This document shows, one piece after another, positions 55,917-64,000 of a stretch of 64,000 nucleotides of DNA. Both the position numbers and the translations under genes were made by a program. This DNA is from Bacilli bacterium (lineage in GTDB: Bacteria > Bacillota_I > Bacilli_A > RFN20 > CAG-826): NCBI GenBank assembly GCA_040396875.1, contig JBBAWZ010000001.1, positions 174,198 through 238,197 on the forward strand, given 5' to 3'. Position 1 is the stretch's first letter. The number at the start of each line of letters is the position of its first letter. The notes under the pieces are model-generated. The model searched no databases and had not been told where the DNA came from. It was given only the letters and a program-made list of their open reading frames with translations.

Positions 55917-57563
55917 ATGAAGATGGCTTTTAAATTAAAATACCTTGGTCAAGAAGCGATATTTCAAGATAAAGTAGCACTTAAAAAGTTATTACCAGAT
56001 CAGCACCAATATTTGTGTGCCAAAGTAAACCATCGCATTCGTGATCTAAATTATGAAGTTTATTTTGATGCCAATATTGAGTTTTTGACGATTTTTGATC
56101 AAGACGCAGTGCGAACCTATGAAACGACACTTCGTTATTTACTGGCGATGGCCGTTTATCAACTTAACCCCAGTTATCGCTTTCGTTTTTCTTACCATAT
56201 TTCTAGGTCTATCTTTATGGAATTCAGTCAACCAAAAAAAATTGATCCTTCGTTTGTAGAAAAAATTAATCAAAAATTAACCCAGCTTGTTCAGGATAAT
56301 GTCAGTTTTGATCGTCTTATTGTTCCAAAAGAAGAAGCTATTCAATTATATGAAAAGTTAGGTTATACCGATAAGGTTGATATTTTAAAATATAGACCGG
56401 AAAAAACCGTTCACTTCTATCAAAGTGGTACGTACACAAACTATATGTTTGGTATGATGGCCATTTCTTCACGTTTAATTAAAGATTGGAAATTAATTTA
56501 TTACCCTCCAGGTATCATCATCCAATATCCTCGCTCGGAAATGAAAGGTAAAATTCCAGTCTTTGAAGATGCACCGATGTTCGGACAAACCTTAAAAGAA
56601 AGTCATGCTTGGTCGAAAATTACCCAAGCTGATACGGTTGCAAATATCAATCATTATGTCAGTGAAGACAAGGTTGTTGATTTTATCAATTTGTGTGAAG
56701 CAAAGCATGCACGGATGTTAGTAGAATTAGGTGAGGCCATTGAAAAAAGAAGGGATGAATTAAGATTGGTTTGTATTGCAGGGCCTTCTAGTTCTGGTAA
56801 AACCACGTTTGCAAACCGTTTAAGAATTGAACTGATGTCAAGAGGTTTTCAACCGATTCGTATTTCGATTGATGATTATTATTTACCAAAAAATGAGGCA
56901 CCAAAAGATAGCGATGGTAAACCTGATTTAGAAAACATTCACGCTTTAAATTTACCTTTATTCAATCAACATTTAGCTCAACTAATTAATGGGGAAACTG
57001 TGACATTACCTCAAAGTAAATTTGATGCTTCATTAGGGAAAGCTAAAACCTTAAAAATTCAAGAGGACACTCTCATCATTATTGAAGGAATACACGCCCT
57101 TAATGACGCTTTAACGTCTTTAGTGCCAAAAACCCAAAAATATAAAATCTATATTTCTCCACAATCACAAATTAATTATGACCACCACAACCCCATGTCT
57201 TTAACTGATCTTCGATTATTAAGACGAATGGTGAGAGATAAAAAATACCGTGGTTCTAGTGCCGAACAAACCATCGATATGTGGCCTTCCGTCCGTCGTG
57301 GTGAGTTTACTTGGATCTATAAAACACAGGAAGAGGCTGACTATGTTTTTAACTCCTTTCTACCTTATGAACTTTGTGTGATGAAACGGTATGCGATTCC
57401 CTTATTGTCTGCCATTCAAAAAGAATCCACTTATTTTCCAACCGCAGAACGATTGATGCGTATGCTTAAATATTTTGTCGATATGGAAGAAAAATGGATT
57501 CCTTCGAACTCTTTAATCCGTGAATTTATCGGCGGTTCTTGTTTTAGAGAAGTGGAAGATTAA
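55917..57563 (+). CDS. uridine-kinase-family P-loop kinase fused to an N-terminal TGS/ThrRS-SAD-like region
   Basis: 548 aa with Walker A AGPSSSGKTTFANRL in the C-terminal half and udk-like IIEGIHALN. The N-terminal ~250 aa resemble the ThrRS N-terminal region. The SD AAGGAG is 5 nt upstream. Confidence 0.7.
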   Translation: MKMAFKLKYLGQEAIFQDKVALKKLLPDQHQYLCAKVNHRIRDLNYEVYFDANIEFLTIFDQDAVRTYETTLRYLLAMAVYQLNPSYRFRFSYHISRSIFMEFSQPKKIDPSFVEKINQKLTQLVQDNVSFDRLIVPKEEAIQLYEKLGYTDKVDILKYRPEKTVHFYQSGTYTNYMFGMMAISSRLIKDWKLIYYPPGIIIQYPRSEMKGKIPVFEDAPMFGQTLKESHAWSKITQADTVANINHYVSEDKVVDFINLCEAKHARMLVELGEAIEKRRDELRLVCIAGPSSSGKTTFANRLRIELMSRGFQPIRISIDDYYLPKNEAPKDSDGKPDLENIHALNLPLFNQHLAQLINGETVTLPQSKFDASLGKAKTLKIQEDTLIIIEGIHALNDALTSLVPKTQKYKIYISPQSQINYDHHNPMSLTDLRLLRRMVRDKKYRGSSAEQTIDMWPSVRRGEFTWIYKTQEEADYVFNSFLPYELCVMKRYAIPLLSAIQKESTYFPTAERLMRMLKYFVDMEEKWIPSNSLIREFIGGSCFREVED

Positions 57564-58804
57564 GCTTCGAGATCTTCAATTGATTTAGGAATATCAATCG
57601 ATAAATTTTCACAACCTTTTTCTGTGATTAAAATGTTGTCTTCAATGCGGATACCAATACCTAATTCTTTAATATAAAGTCCAGGTTCAACCGTAATGAC
57701 ACATCCTGGTTCTAAAGGAATTTCGCGGCCAATTGGATCATGGGTATCTAATCCTAAATGATGGCCCACATTATGATAGTAAATAGAACCAATTTCTTCG
57801 GGCGTCTTGATGAGGCCTTCTTTGACTGCTGCTTCACTTAAAAACTTCATCACAGCTTGTTGAAGATCAACAATTTTTAATCCGGGTTTCGCCATTTGAA
57901 TAATCATTTGATTAGCCTTTAATACAATCCCATAGATTTGTTTTTGTAATGGATTAAACTTTCGATTTGCTGGATAGGTACGTGTGATATCACCACGATA
58001 TTGGCCATAAGTCGCTCCTAAATCACAAAGGACAAGGGCGCCATCGTTAATTTTATCTTTAGGGTTGGGATAGTGAAGGACAACTGCATTTTTACCACTG
58101 GCAATAATGGTTTCAAACGCTAAACCCATATTCTGATATTCTTTAATCGCATATTGAAAAAGGGCTTCGATTTGATGTTCGTATAATCCTGGCTTTAAGT
58201 GCTTTCGAATCGATTGTAGACCGTAAGATGTTCCTTTTATAGCTTGGCGAATGGCTTCAACTTCTTTGACGGATTTAATCATTCTTAACTTCGTAATTTG
58301 TGGGTAAATGTTTTCAATAATCAGTTGTGGTGATTGTAACTTTAATTCGTCTCCATAGCTTTCAGGGGTTTTTAATTTACCATCAAGAATAAGTTGTTTT
58401 TCTTTATCTAAATAAGCGTGGGTAATTTTTCCAAATCCGTTGGTATCGAGAAGCATTTCCTTTAATCTAGTATCAAACATGGAGAGCATAAAGACATCGT
58501 GAATGCCACTTAGTTTAGTTGCAGTATCCACATCTAATTTTTTTCCAACCCAACGCGTTTTCGTTTCATCAATTTCATCGATAAATAAGTAGGTTTTAAC
58601 GGTTGTCGGTGTTTTAATCATCACCAAAACACTATTTTCTTGCTCAATACCAGTTAGATAATAAAAGTTTTTATTGATTACAAATGGATAGGTCGCATCT
58701 GCAGAGGATTTTACCAACCCACCTGCAAACAAAATGATCATCGATTGCTCCATGACCTGAGCAAACAATTTTTCTCTTCTTAAGCTAAATTCTTTAGCAT
58801 CCAT
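57560..58804 (-). CDS. pepP: Xaa-Pro aminopeptidase (M24B)
   Basis: DLGATYGQYRGDITRT, HNVGHHLGLDTHD, VEPGLY and IRIED. The ATG at 58804 is 8 nt after GGAGG. The track start at 58855 overlaps the upstream gene. Confidence 0.9.
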   Translation of the reverse strand: MDAKEFSLRREKLFAQVMEQSMIILFAGGLVKSSADATYPFVINKNFYYLTGIEQENSVLVMIKTPTTVKTYLFIDEIDETKTRWVGKKLDVDTATKLSGIHDVFMLSMFDTRLKEMLLDTNGFGKITHAYLDKEKQLILDGKLKTPESYGDELKLQSPQLIIENIYPQITKLRMIKSVKEVEAIRQAIKGTSYGLQSIRKHLKPGLYEHQIEALFQYAIKEYQNMGLAFETIIASGKNAVVLHYPNPKDKINDGALVLCDLGATYGQYRGDITRTYPANRKFNPLQKQIYGIVLKANQMIIQMAKPGLKIVDLQQAVMKFLSEAAVKEGLIKTPEEIGSIYYHNVGHHLGLDTHDPIGREIPLEPGCVITVEPGLYIKELGIGIRIEDNILITEKGCENLSIDIPKSIEDLEA

Positions 58805-58808
58805 GAAT

Positions 58809-59564
58809 TTATTGCCTCCATGATTGAACCAATTGACGAATGGTGTCCATGTCAATTGTTTCTATCTTACCATTATCTATCAATTTAGGTAATTGTGAAT
58901 CCAAGGGTAGTTGGGCTAGTAAAGGTAACTGATACTTTTGCCAAATGGTTGGTCTGTTACTGGTGTGAAATAAAGGATGCTTCTTCTGACATTGATCACA
59001 GATAAAATAACTATAATTCTCAATAATCCCAAGAATAGGTTTGTTTACAATCTTCGCCATTTGAATACCTTTACCAACGATATCTTGAACGATATCTTGA
59101 GGCGTTGTTACCATGATAATGGTGTCGACATTCAAACTTTCAAGGACCGTCATGGATACATCGCCCGTTCCAGGTGGCAAATCGATGAAAAGGTAATCCA
59201 AATCACCCCAAATTACATCCACGTAAAATTGTCGAATCAAATCAAGTACCAGAGGAGACCGCCACACAATCGGATCATCCGATTGATCTAAAAGTAATTG
59301 GGAAGAAATAAGCCGAATACCTAAGGGGCTTGTAATCGGCAATATCAATCCATCCTGACCAACGACTTTCGATTGGATAGCGAAAAGTCGAGAAATGGTT
59401 GGACCAATAATGTCTGCGTCCAAGATACCTACTTTTTTTCCGATTCTAGTTAAATGTGTTGCGAGTAAAGCAGTAATGGTGCTTTTACCAACACCGCCTT
59501 TACTTGACATGATTGCAATCGTATTTTGAGCTTTACTTTGCTGGTTTAAACGATACACCTTCAT
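58809..59564 (-). CDS. Mrp/ApbC/NBP35-family P-loop ATPase (Fe-S cluster carrier type)
   Basis: 251 aa with the deviant Walker A SSKGGVGKST, DLPPGTGD and the CxxC motif (FICDQCQKKH). Confidence 0.85.
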   Translation of the reverse strand: MKVYRLNQQSKAQNTIAIMSSKGGVGKSTITALLATHLTRIGKKVGILDADIIGPTISRLFAIQSKVVGQDGLILPITSPLGIRLISSQLLLDQSDDPIVWRSPLVLDLIRQFYVDVIWGDLDYLFIDLPPGTGDVSMTVLESLNVDTIIMVTTPQDIVQDIVGKGIQMAKIVNKPILGIIENYSYFICDQCQKKHPLFHTSNRPTIWQKYQLPLLAQLPLDSQLPKLIDNGKIETIDMDTIRQLVQSWRQ

Positions 59565-59567
59565 AAA

Positions 59568-62500
59568 TTATGCGTTGAATGCGTATTCAATTTTTTCACC
59601 TTCTATTTCAAAAACAAAGTTTAATTCATAGGGTTCTTGACTTAAGGTAGTTAAAATACCACTTGGATTTGTAAACGGATTTGGTGTTGTCACCGTAATG
59701 ATTAAGGCCGAAAGACCATCAAAACCAGAATTCGTAACAATTCTAGCAGCATAAAATAATTGTCCAACTTTACTTAAATATATATTTGACCATCCTGCAT
59801 AGTTCGTAGCTGTAGGATAAGGCCCACCCGTCACATTCAATGAAATTCTAGAACCCATTTTGATAAGGGCAGCTTTCATAGCAGTGATATCAGATGAGTT
59901 GGGAGTTCCGCTAACACCTTTAATAGCAGATAAAAATTCAAGTGACCCTTCTAGACCTATCGCTTCGATTGGGTTCAATAGTTCAAAATCAGTATTGCCA
60001 TCTTGGTTCAAATCATAAAAATTTAATTGTTTAGATATATTATTGGCATCACCGAAAAATATGGCATTGGTATCTTCTACGATTGCATATTCGCCTTTAA
60101 AAATATCGGTGAAAAATCCTGCAGATAATTCTGAAACCATAAAAGCCCGATCTATGATAGTTTGCCCAGTAGCCACATAAGTCAATTCAATAAGCGAACG
60201 CATTTCACTACTATATTGATCTAGGCTAGATGCGTCTGATAAACTCGTAAAATTAGAAATAACCCCTATAAATTGGTCTAATCGTGAAGCCTCAAAAACT
60301 TCATCAAAATCCCCACTAAATATTTCTTCAACTCGAATTACCTTTAATTCTTTATCAGAGACTAAAGTGGTTAAGTAATCAAAATACTTACTTACACTTG
60401 CTGTATTTAAAAAGTTATAAAATGTTAAAGATCGTGTTTTAAAACTTCCGATTGTGGTTACATTAAATGGCGTCAATCCTGTATTGGTGGCATCTGGATT
60501 CAATATTTTAGTCGCATTATTTCCAAATATTTGCGAATTACTTAATAAATTTACCAATGGATATAGGGAACCTCCATCAGCTAAGAAATTACTGACATTG
60601 AAGCCACCACTTATCGATATATACTCTTCTGTGATTTGATCATAAAAGCTATTTAATAATCCATCAATAAGTCCAGAAGAAATGACGGTGCCAGGAAGAG
60701 TAGAATAATTCATAACGTTAATATCGGCTGATAAAAATTGAACCGGCGTTAATTCATAGGTTTCATTGTTTTCTGTATAGGTTCCAAAGTTGATGCTACT
60801 AAAAGCATCCTTAACCATTTTTTTAACAGCGTCTGCTGTCAGTGATGAATAATTTAAGACTGACATAATTCTTCCAATTGAACTAGGTGACAAAGATCCT
60901 GCATCTATACTTGAGGCATTACCTAAGTTAGGTAAAGCGACTTTTAGCTCCTTAAAAATTCTAAAGAATGCATTGATTTCTCCTACATTTTCGTCATCAA
61001 GCCAGTTATCGGTTAAGTGGGTCGAATTATTGGTTGGAAAAAGCGTTGCATAATTTAGAACTAATGCATCTGCTTTCGCATTCGCATTTCCATAAACAGC
61101 GTCTGCCAAGCGAGCTGCATCATAAGCCAGGCTTGCCATACCTGTATCCTTAAACATTTTTGCCATCATTTGCTCAAAGATTGTTAAATCATCAGCATCG
61201 GCAGTTGAAGGACCAGTTAAATTAAAGACTTGCGAATCATGTAAATCTCTTACTAAATTAGCCATATCATCAATTGCTTGGTCTGATAAATCTTTAATTG
61301 AACCATAAGCACGATTACCAACAACTTTCACATCCGAGAAAATAGATAAAATTGCTGAAATTTCAGCGTTATCGTAAGGCATATATTGATCGCCAACTGA
61401 AAGATTATTAGGATCATTTCTTGTTCCTCTATAACGGAAATTGGCAAGAGTAAAATCAACACCAACTGAAGAAAAATCCCCTCCTTCTAGCATATTAGAG
61501 AATAAATTTGGAATTGCAGGATAAACAATTGTGGAGTTATTCATACTTAATAGTAGGTTTTCTATTTTCGCTAACCCTACTGGTGTATCAATTAAATTTG
61601 ATAATGTATCAGAAGAGCCTGCTCCAGAAAAAGAAGCAAAATCTAAGTCTAAATCTTTAAAGGCTTCTAAAATGGAGATAATCTTTGAAATTTCTCCCGT
61701 GCTACCTTTCCAACTATCAGGATTAATTGAAACTGCAAAATTATTAGGAATTACACTTATATCATCTTGTAAATAGTTAAGTCGATTCGTGTTGCTTTCA
61801 CCATCAAAAACAAATGTATCAAGTGTGGAAGTGTTTATGATCATTCTTACCGTTTGTTCAAAAATTGTTAAGTTATTGTTTGCATATGAATTGCCAGTCT
61901 TAAATGAATTAAATACATAAGAATCGTGCATTTTATTCAATAAGTCATTAAATAAAACTGGATTGATTAGTTCTGAAGTAAAGGCAGTTCCACCAGTTAA
62001 ACCAATAGCATTGATATCTGAATAAATGTCTAAAATTTGGGAAATTTCTTGGCCCCTATCAATTTTACTTGACTCAACATTAAAGTAATTTGTATTTGCA
62101 TCGCTCATGGTTAAACCATTGATATTAAAGGAATCGGAATCAAAGATGTTACCAAATAAATTTCCAATGGAAGGAGCGACTAATGTTGAGTTGTTCATCG
62201 ATAATAATAAATTCTCTACTTTTGCTAGGCCCGGACCTGTACTCAATAAATCAGAAATCGCATCGCCACCAAAGTTAGCAAAATCGATATCAGTATCTTT
62301 AAAGGATTCAAGAATACCAATAATTTGATTAATTTCACCATTATTGCCAGTCCAATCATCGTCCGTTAAACCATTACCAAAATTATTATCTAGGTCGGCA
62401 ATATCATCTTGAAGTAACAGTAAGCGATTGGCATTGAGGGGTTCATCGTAAATAAAGGTATCAAGGGTTGAGGTATTTAAAATCATGCGAACCGTTTGTT

Positions 62501-64000
62501 CAAAAATGGTTAAATCATCTAGTAAATAACTATTTCCAGATTTAAATGAGTTGAAAACATTTGAGTCATGCATTTTATTAAGTAAAGCATCAAATAAAAC
62601 TGGGTCTATTAAATCAGCTGAAAATGCTGCTCCACCGGTGATACCAATACTATTGATATCCCAATAAATATCGAGGATTAAACTAATTTCTGTTGCTCGA
62701 TTGGCCTTGAGTGGTTCTTGATTAAAGAAATTCGTGTTCGCATCTGACATGGTTAATCCACCAATGTTAAATGCATCAGAACCAAACACATTTCCAAATA
62801 GATTTCCTATGGCAGGTGAAATAATGGTCGATTCATTCATCGATAATAAAAGATCTTCTACTTTTCCTAAGCCAATTTCCGTATTCAATAAATCACCAAT
62901 GGCGTCTCCGCCAAAGTTGGTAAAGTCAATACCAGTATTCACAAAAGCCACCATGATATCGACGAACCGTTGAATCTCGCCATCGATACCATCCCAATCA
63001 TCCGGTGTTTCAGTTCCAAAATTATTATCAAGTGAAGTCATATCTTGATAAAGGGCTGCTTCTCTTTGAACTTCTGTAAGACCATCATAAATAAACGTAT
63101 CAAGCGTGGCAGTAGTGAGCAAAAATTGATAGGCTTGTTCAAATACAGTTAAATCACCATTCAAACGCGAGCGACCTAATTTAAATGAATTAAATAAAGC
63201 GGCATCATGAAGAATGGTGAGTAAGTCACCCACCGTAAGGATTGTAGATTCATCAAAATTTGCAATATCAAATGCACCACCACCATCAAGTCCCATATCG
63301 CTAATCGTGTCTAATAAATCAGCTGTTGCTTGTATTTGTTGTGCTCGACCAGCTTGATTTAAATCTAAAAATACAAAAGTGTTGGTTTGCGATAAAGAAA
63401 GGGACCCAATGTCAAAATTTGAACCACCAAAGATCGAATCATAAACGTTATAAACTAGAACCCTTAATGAAGAAGCATTATTCAACGCTAGCAAAACATC
63501 GGAAATCGTTTCACCGCTTAATCCAGTTCCAGAGGTGAGGTCAGAAATGGATACATTTTGTAATTCTGAGATAAATCCGACAATGTTTTCTAATTCACCA
63601 CCCACAAATTCATATTGAATATCGCCATTTAAATCTAGAATGGGATCGCCATTACCATCAGTGATGACAGTTTTGATTCCAAACCAATTTGCTCGTGTTG
63701 AAACTTGATTACTAATCGCATAAAAATCTTCTGTTACGATGGTGAAATTATCTCCCGGATTGTCATCCCAAGTTGATTGATAAGGTGAAGGATCTTCAAA
63801 ATAACTTGCTAGATCTGCGATGCCTGTAAGTTGATCTAATAAAAAATCTGGAAAGACATAGTCTCCATTAGGTTTGATAAAGATTTGTGATGCAGCTAGG
63901 CCTTGTAAAAGTTCTTCAATCATCGATACATCTGAGTTTAAGAAATCTATATTCTCTAAGCCATCTGCAAAATTAGTTAACTGTTTTACTAAGTACATCA
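59568..64000 (-). CDS. very large acidic, Cys-free tandem-module protein of unknown function (N-terminus probably beyond the right window edge)
   Basis: An uninterrupted frame of 1476 codons to the window edge. Five to six modules of ~215 aa are present (see findings). I recognise no domain family. Confidence 0.8.
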   Translation of the reverse strand, partial: MYLVKQLTNFADGLENIDFLNSDVSMIEELLQGLAASQIFIKPNGDYVFPDFLLDQLTGIADLASYFEDPSPYQSTWDDNPGDNFTIVTEDFYAISNQVSTRANWFGIKTVITDGNGDPILDLNGDIQYEFVGGELENIVGFISELQNVSISDLTSGTGLSGETISDVLLALNNASSLRVLVYNVYDSIFGGSNFDIGSLSLSQTNTFVFLDLNQAGRAQQIQATADLLDTISDMGLDGGGAFDIANFDESTILTVGDLLTILHDAALFNSFKLGRSRLNGDLTVFEQAYQFLLTTATLDTFIYDGLTEVQREAALYQDMTSLDNNFGTETPDDWDGIDGEIQRFVDIMVAFVNTGIDFTNFGGDAIGDLLNTEIGLGKVEDLLLSMNESTIISPAIGNLFGNVFGSDAFNIGGLTMSDANTNFFNQEPLKANRATEISLILDIYWDINSIGITGGAAFSADLIDPVLFDALLNKMHDSNVFNSFKSGNSYLLDDLTIFEQTVRMILNTSTLDTFIYDEPLNANRLLLLQDDIADLDNNFGNGLTDDDWTGNNGEINQIIGILESFKDTDIDFANFGGDAISDLLSTGPGLAKVENLLLSMNNSTLVAPSIGNLFGNIFDSDSFNINGLTMSDANTNYFNVESSKIDRGQEISQILDIYSDINAIGLTGGTAFTSELINPVLFNDLLNKMHDSYVFNSFKTGNSYANNNLTIFEQTVRMIINTSTLDTFVFDGESNTNRLNYLQDDISVIPNNFAVSINPDSWKGSTGEISKIISILEAFKDLDLDFASFSGAGSSDTLSNLIDTPVGLAKIENLLLSMNNSTIVYPAIPNLFSNMLEGGDFSSVGVDFTLANFRYRGTRNDPNNLSVGDQYMPYDNAEISAILSIFSDVKVVGNRAYGSIKDLSDQAIDDMANLVRDLHDSQVFNLTGPSTADADDLTIFEQMMAKMFKDTGMASLAYDAARLADAVYGNANAKADALVLNYATLFPTNNSTHLTDNWLDDENVGEINAFFRIFKELKVALPNLGNASSIDAGSLSPSSIGRIMSVLNYSSLTADAVKKMVKDAFSSINFGTYTENNETYELTPVQFLSADINVMNYSTLPGTVISSGLIDGLLNSFYDQITEEYISISGGFNVSNFLADGGSLYPLVNLLSNSQIFGNNATKILNPDATNTGLTPFNVTTIGSFKTRSLTFYNFLNTASVSKYFDYLTTLVSDKELKVIRVEEIFSGDFDEVFEASRLDQFIGVISNFTSLSDASSLDQYSSEMRSLIELTYVATGQTIIDRAFMVSELSAGFFTDIFKGEYAIVEDTNAIFFGDANNISKQLNFYDLNQDGNTDFELLNPIEAIGLEGSLEFLSAIKGVSGTPNSSDITAMKAALIKMGSRISLNVTGGPYPTATNYAGWSNIYLSKVGQLFYAARIVTNSGFDGLSALIITVTTPNPFTNPSGILTTLSQEPYELNFVFEIEGEKIEYAFNA
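60010..63611 (-). repeat. coding tandem repeats, period ~620-710 nt (206-238 aa), 5-6 diverged copies
   Basis: Anchor motifs recur at regular spacing. GE[IL] occurs at aa 134/340/554/768/1006 (degenerate ~1240). LLLSMN-like occurs at aa 169/383/597/815/1044. LT[IV]FEQ occurs at aa 283/496/710/938. Confidence 0.8.

Noticed and set aside
57560-57563. Convergent gene overlaps without terminators (udk-like/pepP at 57560-57563, RqcH-like/trmL at 54200-54206, rpmB/membrane protein at 43406-43416) as a special regulatory feature
   Set aside because: Together with the many ATGA stop/start overlaps, they look like general genome compaction rather than a specific mechanism. I noted them but did not promote them to a finding on their own.
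61531-62973. Three mutually similar + strand ORFs (61531-61776, 62107-62328, 62734-62973)
   Set aside because: They are antisense shadows of the tandem coding modules of the giant minus-strand gene. Their similarity only confirms the ~640-nt periodicity and they are not independent genes.
60010-63611. Periodic repeats considered as a possible CRISPR array or satellite
   Set aside because: The period is ~620-710 nt. The copies are diverged (about 60% aa identity at best) and lie within one uninterrupted reading frame. There are no short direct repeats with unique spacers.
1-64000. Search for mobile elements, prophage, defence systems, toxin-antitoxin pairs, rRNA/tRNA genes and CRISPR
   Set aside because: Every ORF over ~150 aa has a housekeeping assignment or is listed above as hypothetical. 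No integrase, transposase, recombinase, Cas, restriction or abortive-infection motifs were seen. All intergenic gaps over 60 nt are accounted for by leaders, promoters or terminators and are too short or unsuited for tRNA or rRNA genes. This was a by-eye scan, so tRNAscan-SE, Infernal or DefenseFinder would be needed to be definitive.

Overview
This is a gene-dense, AT-rich chromosomal core segment from a low-GC Gram-positive-type genome, with about 60 CDS and very little non-coding DNA.

**Genetic code and likely lineage.** TGA is used repeatedly as a stop, for example in the ATGA stop/start overlaps at 3918-3921, 6139-6142, 15772-15775, 22823-22826 and 25241-25244. Trp is TGG, so the code is table 11, not the Mycoplasma/Spiroplasma code 4. 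Gene order recapitulates several Bacillus subtilis blocks as I remember them:
- ysgA-pheS-pheT
- polA-mutM-coaE / dnaB-dnaI / speD / thrS-infC-rpmI-rplT
- ytpR-ytoP
- gmk, priA ... rsmB-rlmN-prpC-prkC-rsgA-rpe ... rpmB

There are signs of a reduced, possibly wall-less lineage: PrkC has no TM/PASTA part, the EzrA-like protein has no membrane anchor, RqcH is shortened, and genes overlap pervasively. My best guess is an Acholeplasma-like Mollicute or a related Erysipelotrichia-type organism. I cannot verify this without a database search.

**Content.**
- aminoacyl-tRNA synthetases: pheST, thrS, tyrS, leuS
- replication and repair: dnaE, polA, mutM, dnaB/dnaI, priA
- glycolysis and glycogen: pfkA, pyk, a ROK kinase, ackA, glgB, glgP, rpe
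- ribosomal proteins and IF3
- RNA methyltransferases, peptidases, and cofactor salvage (coaX, coaE, an NAPRTase-like gene, an ECF S component)
- RNA regulatory elements I can support: three T-box leaders (Phe, Thr, Leu), an L20-type attenuator before infC, and a structured rpsD leader

I found no rRNA, tRNA, CRISPR array, transposase, integrase, prophage or recognisable defence or toxin island. Most of the window is ordinary housekeeping DNA.

**Items worth a second look.**
1. A protein of at least 1476 aa, cysteine-free and acidic, built from tandem modules of about 215 aa that I cannot assign to any known family. Its frame is still open at the right window edge.
2. A tandem two-domain AdoMetDC (SpeD)-like protein with one degenerate and one intact self-cleavage motif, translationally coupled to pfkA.
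3. An in-frame Fpg-CoaE fusion.
4. An RsmB homologue whose SAM-binding and catalytic motifs look degenerate.
5. Four operon-leading genes whose ATG lies 6-9 nt after a -10 box, which suggests leaderless mRNAs.

All motif alignments were done by eye and need computational confirmation.
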